Shown: positions 50,408-59,196 of the stretch, in pieces
Layout of the letters: every line of letters begins with the position of its first letter
How positions within the stretch are numbered: the stretch's first letter is position 1
Source: an uncultured Chloroflexia bacterium
GTDB lineage: Bacteria; Chloroflexota; Limnocylindria; Limnocylindrales; CSP1-4
Length of the DNA stretch: 64,000 nt
Direction of reading: 5' to 3'
NCBI GenBank assembly: GCA_963714675.1
Contig: CAVQPG010000016.1
Coordinates: 10,988 to 74,987 of the forward strand
The notes under the pieces: generated by a model
The model's input: the letters and a program-made list of their open reading frames with translations, nothing else
Databases searched by the model: none
Told to the model about the DNA's origin: nothing
Translations under genes and position numbers: made by a program

Positions 50408-51329
50408 ATGCTCGACACTGACCACCAGCGCCGCAGCTGGTATCGCCAGATGCTGCTCATCCGCATCTTCGAGGACACGGTCCAGCGCGATGTTCATGGC
50501 CGGCCGGATCGAGGGCACCACGCATCTCTGTCAGGGCCAGGAGGCAGTCTCCGTCGGCGCCATCGCCGCCATGCAGCCCGGTGACGTGCAGACCAACACC
50601 TACCGCGGTCATGGCGAAGCGCTCGCGCATGGGACACCGCCTCGAGGTCGCGATGGCGGAGCTGCATCGGTCGTGCCACGGGGGGTTCCAAGGGCCTCGG
50701 CGGCTCGATGCACCTGATCGACACCGGGCACGCGGCAACATCGGAGCCAACGCCATCGTCGGGCAGCCGGCATGCCGATCGCCGTCGGGGCGGCCATGGC
50801 CTTCAAGCTGCGCGGGATCCGCAACGTGGCGCTGACGTTCATGGGCGACGGCTGCCACCAACATCGGCACGTTCCACGAGTCGCTGAACATGGCTGCGGT
50901 GTGGGCGGCGCCGGTCGTCGTGATCATCACCAACAACCTCTACGGCGAGTACTCGCCCGGTGCGCATGACCACGCCGATCGATGACCTGGCGCGCCGCGC
51001 CGATCCCTACGAGATGCCAGGCGTCATCGTCGACGGCCAGGATGTGGAGGCGGTGCACGCGGCGACTTCGCGAGGCGGTGGCCAGGGCACGTGCCGGTGG
51101 CGGCCCCAGCCTGCTGGAGATGAAGACGTACCGCTACCGCGGCCACTCGCGTTCCGATCCGGCCAAGTATCGCGTTCGAGGGGGAGCTCGAGGCCTGGAA
51201 GGAGCGAGATCCGCTGCTCGTCCTTGGAGGGCGCCTCGTCAGACGAGGGCCTCATGTCCGCGGACCAGCAGGCCGCCATGCACGCGGAGGTCGAGGCGTC
51301 AGGTCGAGGCCGCGATCGAGCGCGGCTGA
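50408..51329 (+). pseudogene. thiamine-diphosphate-dependent 2-oxoacid (pyruvate/acetoin/branched-chain) dehydrogenase E1 alpha subunit, about ten frame breaks
   Basis: ATG 50408 follows AGGAGGAG. The blocks [86 protein letters not shown] each sit in a different short ORF (50490, 50581, 50772, 50960, 50982 and others). Confidence 0.75.
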
Positions 51330-51369
51330 AGCCGCACCCTATCTGACGACTCGAGGAGGCTGCGCAGCA

Positions 51370-52431
51370 ATGTCTACGCCAGACTGACCATACCGGCCGC
51401 CGCGCTTGCGGACGAGGCCATGGAGATGACCTATCGCGAGGCGGTGAACGCCGCGCTCGATGAGTCGATCGGCTGAGCGATCCGTCGGTCGTGTTCATGG
51501 GTGAGGACGTGGGCAACGAGGGCGGCGTGTACAAGACCAACGTCGGGTCTGCGCGGAGAAGTACGGCGAGCGCGTCATCAACACGCCCATCTGCGAGAAC
51601 GGTTTCACGGGCGTGGCGCTGGGCATGGCCGTCATGGGCATGCGTCCCATCGTCGAGTTCATGTTCGCGGACTTCATGCCCACCGCGGCTGACGCCATCA
51701 TCAACCAGCTGCCCAAGTACCGCTTCATGAGCGGAGGCCAACTGTCGGTGCCGGTCACACTGCGCGTGGTCTCTGGGGCAGGAGCCGTTTCGGCTCACAG
51801 CACAGCGCCTCTGGCGAGTCCTGGTTCATGGGGCAGCCCGGGCTTGCGCGTGGCCGCCGCCGGGACTCCGGCGGCGGCCTATGAGCTGCATCAGGGCCGC
51901 CGTCCGCTGCGATGACCCGGTCATCGTGCACGAGCACAGGCTGATGTACCTGCGCAAGGGTCCGGTCCGGCGCGGTGTGGTCGCTGAGATGGGCAAGGCA
52001 TCGCGTCGAGCGGGCCGGCTCCGACGTGACCATCGTGGCCACGATGCTGATGGTCGAGCGCGCGCTGCAGGCAGCTGACCATGCTCGAGGCCGAGGGCAT
52101 CGATGCCGAGGTCATCGACCTGCGTTGGATCCGCCCACTCGACCTCGAGACGGTCACGTCCGCGGTCGAGCACACCGGCCGGCTGGTGGTGGCTGAGGAG
52201 CAGTGGCATGAGGCCGGCTGGGGCGCCACGCTCATCAGCCGATTGACCATGAACGGAGTCCACATGGCCTGCTCGACCACGCAGCGTGGCCATGCTCGAT
52301 GACATCCCCGTGCCCTTCGCGGCGCCCGCTGGAAGACGCGGTCATGCCTTCGGTGGAGCGCATCGCGGACGAGGTTCGTGCGAGCCTGACTCTGACGATG
52401 AGCGCTGGAGCGGCGCCTTGACGCTCCGCTC
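51370..52431 (+). pseudogene. 2-oxoacid dehydrogenase E1 beta subunit, many frame breaks; ends approximate
   Basis: ATG 51370 follows GAGGAGG. The blocks MTYREAVNAALDE, VFMGEDVG..GGVYK, NTPICENGFTGVALGMAVMGMRPIVEFMFADF, LEAEGIDAEVIDLRWIRPLD, GRLVVAEE are scattered over three frames. Confidence 0.7.
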
Positions 52432-52494
52432 GAGCGCAGTGGAGACGCGCGAGACGCCTCAGCGGTCCGCTGCGCAGGCTCGCGGCACCGCGGG

Positions 52495-53682
52495 CTACTC
52501 CTCCGGCAGGTCGAGCGGGTACTGCCCGTACTCTCGGACGAGCCCGACGATGGTGTCGTACGTCTTGCCCGAGACGTCGCTGGAGACCGAGTGGTCGGAC
52601 ATGAACACGTAGCCGCCACCGTAGGCGGCACGGAGCCGGTGCAGGACCTCGCGTCGCAGCTCCTCGGGGTCGCCTCGCTCCCACACGCGCATGTCGCTGT
52701 TGCCGCAGAACGTGAGCCGGTGGCCCAGGCGCTCGCGAAGCTCGACCACGTCCAGGTCCGCCTTGGCCTCCAGCGGGTTGTAGCCGTCGAGCCCGATCTC
52801 GATCATGTCCTCGAGGTAGCTGTTGGCGTTGCCGCAGCCGTGGAAGATGACCGGCAGGTCGTGCTCGTGGCAGAGCTCGATGATGCGCGCGATGGTGGGC
52901 TTGTAGTACCTGCGCCAGTAGGTCGGGCCCATGAACAGGCCCTTGCGGTAGGCAGCGTCACCCCAGATGACCATGCCGTCGAGATAGCCATCGGCGGCCT
53001 CGATCTGGGCCTTGGTCACCGCGTAGCTGAACTCGCCGATGCGCAGCAGCTGCTCGCCGAAGCGCTCGGGGTGCTCGCCGATCCAGGTCAGGGTGTTGAG
53101 CTGGCCCAGCAGGCGAGTGGTGATCTCGGAGGCCTCGGTGATGCTGCCGTAGACCGGGAAGTCCGGATGCAGTGACCTGACCGTCTCCACCCACGGCGGG
53201 CTGTTGCGTTCGAAGCCATCGCCCACGCCGGCGATCTGGTTGTCACCGGCCTCGAAGTAGCGCCGACGGTCGGTGGGGTCGTCGAACTCGAAGGCCTCCA
53301 TCTTCTCGATGGTGTCGGTCTCCCAGCTGACCTGCTCGGGCATGGGCAGGTCGAAACGCTTGCGGATGGTCGTCTCGAAGCCCGTCTTGACCACTACCTC
53401 TTCGTCGTCCTCGCGGATGGTCTCGAACGGTCGGATATGCGGATCCATGTTCGGGACCGTGACGATGAAGTCGAGGTCGTAGTGGTAGTAGGGATCGGCG
53501 TCCGCGGGCAGGCCCAGCTCCTCCTGCCAGCGCTTGCGGAAGCTGCCCCAGAAGAAGTCACTGATGGGCACACGGTCCGGCTCTTCGTGCGCGAAGGTCT
53601 TGCGCATCCGCTCGAGCTTCTCGAGCGTCGACGGCTTGCGCTCGGCCGATGCGCCCGAGCCGTAGGTGCTGAACATGCTCAT
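52495..53682 (-). CDS. URO-D-family (MtaA/CmuA-type) methyltransferase
   Basis: Intact 395-aa ORF with an H-G-C-G motif (VIFHGCGN) and the family tail GGGYVFMSDHS. It lies immediately downstream of a corrinoid gene. Confidence 0.8.
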   Translation of the reverse strand: MSMFSTYGSGASAERKPSTLEKLERMRKTFAHEEPDRVPISDFFWGSFRKRWQEELGLPADADPYYHYDLDFIVTVPNMDPHIRPFETIREDDEEVVVKTGFETTIRKRFDLPMPEQVSWETDTIEKMEAFEFDDPTDRRRYFEAGDNQIAGVGDGFERNSPPWVETVRSLHPDFPVYGSITEASEITTRLLGQLNTLTWIGEHPERFGEQLLRIGEFSYAVTKAQIEAADGYLDGMVIWGDAAYRKGLFMGPTYWRRYYKPTIARIIELCHEHDLPVIFHGCGNANSYLEDMIEIGLDGYNPLEAKADLDVVELRERLGHRLTFCGNSDMRVWERGDPEELRREVLHRLRAAYGGGYVFMSDHSVSSDVSGKTYDTIVGLVREYGQYPLDLPEE

Positions 53683-53705
53683 GGTGTGTATGTACCCCCG
53701 TTCGC

Positions 53706-54356
53706 TCAGGCTGAGCCGATGACCGACTTGGCGATCTCAGCCGCGGCGCCGGCGTCGGCGGCGAAGCCGTCCGCCTGCACCTCGTCGGCGAACTCCTGTG
53801 AGACCGGCGCCCCGCCGATGATGATCTTGGTATCCACGCCGCTGGCCCTGACCGCTGCCACCGCGTCTCGCATGTGCGGCATGGTGGTCGTCAGCAGCGC
53901 TGACATGCCCACGATGTCCGGCTGGTACTCCTGGGCCGCCGCAGCGAAGGCGGAAGGGGAGACGTTGACGCCCAGGTCGATGACCTCGATGTTGGCGCCA
54001 CGCCACATCATGCCCACGAGGTTCTTGCCGATGTCATGGAGGTCGCCCTCGACGGTGCCGATGACGGCCGAATGCGGCGCCCGCTGTCCGCTCTCGGCGA
54101 TGAGCGGCTCGAGGATGGCCAGCGAAGCCTTCATGGCGTTGGCGGCGATGAGCATCTCGGGTACGAAGATCTCGTCCTGCTGGAAGCGCTCACCGATGAC
54201 GGCCATGCCCGGGACCAGCCGGGTCTCGATGATCGCGCCCGGCTCCTCACCTTCTTCCAGGCATCGCTGTGTCAGCTCGACGGCTCCAGCCTTGTCGCCG
54301 TCGATGATGGCCTGGGTCAGTGGGTGCATCTCGGCCAAGGTCGTCCTCCCCTCCAT
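53706..54356 (-). CDS. corrinoid methyl-carrier protein
   Basis: It has DxHxxG (GDLHDIGK) and IIIGGAPV. The longer ORF to 54602 overlaps the upstream gene. Alignment with the other corrinoid proteins puts the start at 54329-54356 (an ATG at either end, or the TTG at 54338 after GGAGGGGAGGA). Confidence 0.8.
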   Translation of the reverse strand: MEGRTTLAEMHPLTQAIIDGDKAGAVELTQRCLEEGEEPGAIIETRLVPGMAVIGERFQQDEIFVPEMLIAANAMKASLAILEPLIAESGQRAPHSAVIGTVEGDLHDIGKNLVGMMWRGANIEVIDLGVNVSPSAFAAAAQEYQPDIVGMSALLTTTMPHMRDAVAAVRASGVDTKIIIGGAPVSQEFADEVQADGFAADAGAAAEIAKSVIGSA

Positions 54357-54429
54357 GGCAGGCCCAGCCTGTGGGCCCGCGTGCTTGCGGTATCCATGCG
54401 TCATCCTTCCGACGCGGCGCTCGAGATCG

Positions 54430-55569
54430 TCAGTTGCTCCCGGGCGCCTCCGATCCGACGTCGACGACCTGTTCGGTCTCCCCGGAGCGGTACAGCGCGT
54501 CGACCAGGCGCAGTGTCTTGAGGTTGTCGCGCGCGCCGGACTCCGGCTCGCCGCCATCGTGCATGGCGCGCAACAGCGAACCGACCGGGCCCAGGAAGGC
54601 ATCGGGCACCCAGCGACGGGTCACCGGATAGGGCAGCCAGCCATCGGTGGGCATCACCCGGCTCCAGAGCTCGAGCGTATCGGGTCGTCCGTGCGGGTAG
54701 TCGGAGAGCAGACCCAGGGTGCCCCGGATGGCGCCTTCAGAACCGTCGATGCGGAAGCGGGCTTCGTTGTCGCCCGCGAGGTTCTCCTGGTTGGAGTGGA
54801 CCAGGCCGCGCACGTCCCCGGGGTAGATGAGCACGCTCACTGTCCGCGTGTCGCCGATCGGCTTCTGGCCCGGCAGGCGCCACTGCGTCCCGAACACCTT
54901 GGTGGGCTCGCCCAGGAACGCTCGCAGCGTGTCGATGTAATGGATGGAATGGAAGTAGATCTCGAGCTTGGGCGCCTGCCCCAACCAGCCCCAGCCGGCG
55001 AGGTCGGTGTCGATGTTGACCTCGAAGGAGATGGTCGTGACCTCGCCGATCCAGCCGCGTTCGATCATGGCGCGGGCGGCACGCATGCCTTCCTCGTAGC
55101 GCATCTGCTGCTGGACGGCCACCTTGCGGCCGAGTTCGTCGGCCCGCGCCACGATCCTGGCCGCGTCTTCCACGTCGAGCGCCAGCGGCTTCTGGCACAT
55201 CACGTCTTTGCCGGCCTCCAGCGCTCGCAGGGCGATCTCGACCTGGGCCTCGGGTACGACCGCGATGTCCACCACCGCCACGTCGGGGTCGCCCAGCAGC
55301 TCGTCGAGCGTGTCGTAGACGCGGAGGATACCGTGCGCCTGGGCCAGCCGCTCGGCATGGCTGCGGTCACGGCCCCAGACGCCGGGTACCGGGATGCCCG
55401 CCGATCGATACACGGGCAGGTGGCCCACGTCCAGGATGGCGCCGGTGCCCACTAGCGCGACCGGGCGGATGTAGCGTTCCGGCAGCGAGAGGTCGCAGGC
55501 ATCGGCGATCTCCGCCAGCCAGCCCATCATGTCAGCGGTTCCCACGCTCGCATCTGCCATGTATAGCAA
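54430..55569 (-). CDS. Gfo/Idh/MocA-family NAD(P)-dependent oxidoreductase
   Basis: It has a Rossmann N-terminus (IRPVALVGTGAI) and the family EKP-like block (VMCQKPLAL). The start is uncertain (TTG 55569, or ATG 55560 or 55530). Confidence 0.8.
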   Translation of the reverse strand: MLYMADASVGTADMMGWLAEIADACDLSLPERYIRPVALVGTGAILDVGHLPVYRSAGIPVPGVWGRDRSHAERLAQAHGILRVYDTLDELLGDPDVAVVDIAVVPEAQVEIALRALEAGKDVMCQKPLALDVEDAARIVARADELGRKVAVQQQMRYEEGMRAARAMIERGWIGEVTTISFEVNIDTDLAGWGWLGQAPKLEIYFHSIHYIDTLRAFLGEPTKVFGTQWRLPGQKPIGDTRTVSVLIYPGDVRGLVHSNQENLAGDNEARFRIDGSEGAIRGTLGLLSDYPHGRPDTLELWSRVMPTDGWLPYPVTRRWVPDAFLGPVGSLLRAMHDGGEPESGARDNLKTLRLVDALYRSGETEQVVDVGSEAPGSN

Positions 55570-55583
55570 CCGGGGCTGGGCAA

Positions 55584-55597
55584 GTCAACCGGTTGAC
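55584..55597. promoter_or_regulatory. LacI-type operator, perfect palindrome GTCAACCGGTTGAC
   Basis: It lies in the 37-nt gap between the LacI stop (55607) and the oxidoreductase/corrinoid/URO-D operon start. Confidence 0.6.
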
Positions 55598-55606
55598 CTA
55601 CGCTGC

Positions 55607-56667
55607 TCAGCGGTCGCGATGCATCTTGATGTAGGCCGTCGTGCCCGGACCGCGCGCCCCCGGGGGAGGCATCGCCACGGTGGCTCCGGGGGAGATCCGG
55701 ATGGCCTCCTGGAGCGTCTCGTGGATGGGTACATCCCAGGCGTTGTCGAGCAGCAGTTCCACGGCCCTGCGGCCGAGCTCGCGCAGCGGCATCTCCACGC
55801 AGGTCATGGCCGGAAGGCGGTAGTCCTCGGCCGGCAGCTTGTGGAGCGCGATGAGCGAGACGTCACCCGGCACCGACAGCCCGTGTCGGTGCAGAGCGTG
55901 CCACACGCCAAGACCCTCGTTGGCGTCCGCGGCGACGATGGCCGTCGGTGGCTCGGGGCTCTTGAGGAACTCGCGCACCGCGGCCGCCCCGCCCTCGGGC
56001 GTGTAGTCGGTGCTCACGAGCCAGCTCGGATCGAGCCACAGGTCGGCTGCTGCCATGGCATCGCGGAAGCCGTCCTGGCGTCGCTCGGCCGTGTCGACCC
56101 CCGCGGGTCCCCCGGCCCAGCCGATGCGGGTGTGGCCGTGGCTGATGAGGTACTCGGTGGCCATGAGCGCCGCGTGTTCGTCGTCGAGGATGACCCAGCG
56201 CTCGGCGCTGCCCGAGCGGCGGTTGACCAGCAGGGTCGGCACGCGCGGGTCCCCGAACAGCTCGTCGGCGTCATAGCCGGCGCGCAGGCCGGCCACGAGG
56301 GCACCGTCCACAGCTCCACTTCGCAGGAGGCGCAGATAGCGCTCGGTGAGCTCGCCCTCGTGCGAGGCCGTCCAGAGCAGCAGACCACGCGCTTCGGCCA
56401 CCTCCTCCGCGCCCGCGATGATGGGCACGATCAGCGGGTTGCCCGAAGGGACCAGCAGGCCGATGGCCCCGGCACGCGCCCGGGCCAGGCCCCGGGCATG
56501 GAAGTTGGGCCGGTAGTCGAGGGCGGCGGCCGCCTCCTTGACGCGCTGGCGGGTCTCCGCACGGACGCGCAGTGTCGGATCCCCGCTGAGCACCTTCGAG
56601 ACGACCGCACGGTCGACCCCGGCGCGGCTGGCCACGTCGGCGATGGTGGTTCGACCCGGTTCCTTCA
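55607..56667 (-). CDS. LacI-family transcriptional regulator
   Basis: ATG 56667 (MKEPGRTTIADVASRAGVDRAVVSKVLSG, the LacI HTH) followed by a periplasmic-binding-protein-like sugar-sensor domain. Confidence 0.85.
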
Positions 56668-56747
56668 TGCGCGCATCCCGTCGATGGTGCCTGAGCGGCG
56701 CTCGATCACACCTGGTCGCCGCAGCATGCGCGTATCGTCCCTCCTTG

Positions 56748-56761
56748 GTCAACCGGTTGAC
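56748..56761. promoter_or_regulatory. LacI-type operator, perfect palindrome GTCAACCGGTTGAC
   Basis: It lies in the divergent intergenic region between lacI (start 56667) and the gene starting at 56842. Confidence 0.6.
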
Positions 56762-56841
56762 GCGAGTCGACCGCGGGGGCTACCGTCTGTCGCCGGTGAT
56801 GGCGAGGACATGGTCCGCCCTCGCCGGGGGAGGAGCAGGAG

Positions 56842-57699
56842 ATGCGGTTCGGCGTCCTCGGCGTGATCTGGAGCGATTGGGCAGACGTGAGCTACGAGCT
56901 GGTCGCCTTCGCGCGCGAGCTCGGGTTCACGGGCATGGGTGCCCACCTGACCGTGCCGGCGTCGACCATCACCGACGAGATCGCCCGGAACGTCCGGGCC
57001 AGCATCGACGCCAACGGCCTCGACTTCTTCCAGCTCTGGGGGCCGTACCCCACCATCATCAGCGAGGACGAGGAGGTCAGGCGCGCCGGCGTCGAAGGTG
57101 CCTGCGATGTCGTGCGCCTGGCAGCGCGCCTGGGCGTGCCGAGCTCCGGCGTACGCCCCACCAGCCACAACCCCCGTGGCGACTGGTGGCCGCACCCGGA
57201 GAACCACAGCCCGGCGAGCGAGGACCGCCTCGTGCGCAGCATCTCCGAGATCCTCGAGGTGGCCGTGCCAGCGGGGGTGAAGGTCGTGCTCGAGGCCCAC
57301 GCGACCTCGACGCTCGATTCGGCCGAGCGCGTCCGACGTGTCATCGAGCGTACGGACCCTGCCGGGGTCACGGTCAACATCGACCCGGTCAATTTCGTGC
57401 GCGACCTGCCCACCGCCTTCGACTCCACGGCCATGATCGACGAGTACTTCGACATCTGCGGCCCGTACTGCGACACCGTCCAGATCAAGGACTGCTACCT
57501 CGAAGACCGCTTCGTCGTCCATATCGCCGAGACCATCCCGGGCACGGGCATGCTCGACATCGACACCGTGCTGCGACGGACCGAGGCCCTGGGTCCTGAC
57601 ATGTACGCCGTGGTCGAGCACCTGCCGGTGAACCAGATCGGACTGGCCAAGCAGCACCTCAGCGCACGAGCGGCGGCCCTCGGCATCGAGGTCCACTGA
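56842..57699 (+). CDS. sugar-phosphate isomerase/epimerase (xylose-isomerase-like TIM barrel; IolE/MocC-type fold)
   Basis: Intact 285-aa ORF with the pattern typical of the AP-endonuclease-2/IolE-like TIM-barrel family (..VVLEAHA..NIDPVNF..). Confidence 0.7.
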   Translation: MRFGVLGVIWSDWADVSYELVAFARELGFTGMGAHLTVPASTITDEIARNVRASIDANGLDFFQLWGPYPTIISEDEEVRRAGVEGACDVVRLAARLGVPSSGVRPTSHNPRGDWWPHPENHSPASEDRLVRSISEILEVAVPAGVKVVLEAHATSTLDSAERVRRVIERTDPAGVTVNIDPVNFVRDLPTAFDSTAMIDEYFDICGPYCDTVQIKDCYLEDRFVVHIAETIPGTGMLDIDTVLRRTEALGPDMYAVVEHLPVNQIGLAKQHLSARAAALGIEVH

Positions 57700-59063
57700 T
57701 GAGGTCCGCCGACCCGGAGCGACTGCGTCGGCTGGCACGCGAGCACCTGTGGATGCCCTATTCACCGCCGGGGGCGCAGGGGCCGGTGCGAGACGAGATC
57801 CGCATCATGACCCACGGCCGAGGGGTACGGACCTGGGACCTCGATGGCAAGGAGTACCTCGATGGCACATCCGCCCTCGAGGCCCTCATCCTCGGGCATG
57901 CCGACGAGGAGGTGGTCGAGGCCATCGCCGAGCAGGCTCGCACGATGTCCTTCGTCGACGTCTTCCGCTTCGTGACACCACCCCAGGTGGAGCTGGCCGC
58001 GGAGCTGGTGGCGGCATCACCGGGCATGGCCATGGCGCACTTCACGCCCGGGGGTGCGGAGGCCGACGAGGTGGCCATCAAGATGGCGCGCCAGTATCAC
58101 GCGCTGCGAGGCGAGCCCTATCGCATGAAGGTCATCACCCGCCAGGGAGCCTTCCACGGCGTGACCGCCGGTGCGATGGCGCTCGACGGACAGTACTTCG
58201 CCTCCCGCAACGTGGTCTACGACGGCGGGGTCAGCTGGGGCCGGACCGTCCCGGCCGGCGCCTGTCCGCGGTGCGACTTCGGCAAGGCCAGCCGTCACCT
58301 GGCCTGCGTCCACGCCATCGAGGCGACCATCCGGGCGGAGGGACCCGAGACCGTCGCGGCGGTGGTCGTCGACCCGTGTGCCACGGCCATCGCCGTGTCC
58401 GTCCCGCCGGTCGGCTACCTGCGCGACCTGCGTGAGGTGTGCGATCGCCATGGCGTGCTGCTCGTGGTCGACGAGGTCATCACCGGCATGGGCCGGACCG
58501 GCAAGCTGTTCGCCACCGAGTGGGACGGCATCGTGCCCGACTTCATCACCATGTCGAAGGCGCTCAGCTCCGGCTACGTGCCCATCGGGGCCGCGCTCAT
58601 CTCGCCCAGGGTGCGGGATGCCTTCCTCGAGCACGAGGGCGTGTTCCTGCACGGGCACACGTACGCCGGCCATCCCGTGGCCGCCGCTGCCGCCCTGACC
58701 GTCCTGCGCCGCGTCATCCGAGACGACCTCGCCGGACGTGCGGCCACCCTGGGGGCTCGCCTGCTCGAAGGTGTGCGTTCGCTGAGCCACCACCGTTCCT
58801 TCTGGGATGCCCGCGGCAAGGGCCTGTTGACCGGCCTCGAGATCGTGCGCGACAACGGCACCGGGGAGGACTTCGACGATCCCCTCGCGGCCGGCAACGC
58901 GCTGCGCATCGCGGCCCGCGAACGTGGTCTCACGACGCTGCTGCTGCACCCCGGCAACGTGCTCTTCGTGGCCCCCGCGGTGGTTGCCAGCGAGGAGCAG
59001 ATCGACCGGATGGTGGCCATCCTCGACGACGCTCTGGGCGACATCGAGGCAAGCCTCGCGTGA
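57699..59063 (+). CDS. class III (omega-type) PLP-dependent aminotransferase
   Basis: Intact 454-aa ORF with VVDEVITGMGRTGKLFA and the PLP-lysine context ITMSKALSSGY. The start overlaps the upstream stop (ATGA-type junction). Confidence 0.85.
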   Translation: MRSADPERLRRLAREHLWMPYSPPGAQGPVRDEIRIMTHGRGVRTWDLDGKEYLDGTSALEALILGHADEEVVEAIAEQARTMSFVDVFRFVTPPQVELAAELVAASPGMAMAHFTPGGAEADEVAIKMARQYHALRGEPYRMKVITRQGAFHGVTAGAMALDGQYFASRNVVYDGGVSWGRTVPAGACPRCDFGKASRHLACVHAIEATIRAEGPETVAAVVVDPCATAIAVSVPPVGYLRDLREVCDRHGVLLVVDEVITGMGRTGKLFATEWDGIVPDFITMSKALSSGYVPIGAALISPRVRDAFLEHEGVFLHGHTYAGHPVAAAAALTVLRRVIRDDLAGRAATLGARLLEGVRSLSHHRSFWDARGKGLLTGLEIVRDNGTGEDFDDPLAAGNALRIAARERGLTTLLLHPGNVLFVAPAVVASEEQIDRMVAILDDALGDIEASLA

Positions 59064-59102
59064 TGGGCAGCTGGGGCCGTGCCATCCGTGGCGGGCACGG
59101 TG

Positions 59103-59116
59103 GTCAACCGCTTGAC
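59103..59116. promoter_or_regulatory. LacI-type operator variant GTCAACCGCTTGAC (one central mismatch)
   Basis: It lies in the gap between the aminotransferase stop (59063) and the amidohydrolase start (59197). Confidence 0.45.
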
Positions 59117-59196
59117 TCGGGGTATGTCCAACGGCTACCGTGGCTCGGGTCCGGGCCCGGGGACCGCGGCCTGAACGGCTCGAAAGGGGGTCGTGC

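Noticed and set aside
6266-52431. Programmed ribosomal frameshifting or transcriptional slippage as the explanation for the split genes.
   Set aside because: There are far too many sites, in unrelated housekeeping-type enzyme families that are not known to use recoding. I saw no recurrent slippery heptamer or downstream structure at the break points.
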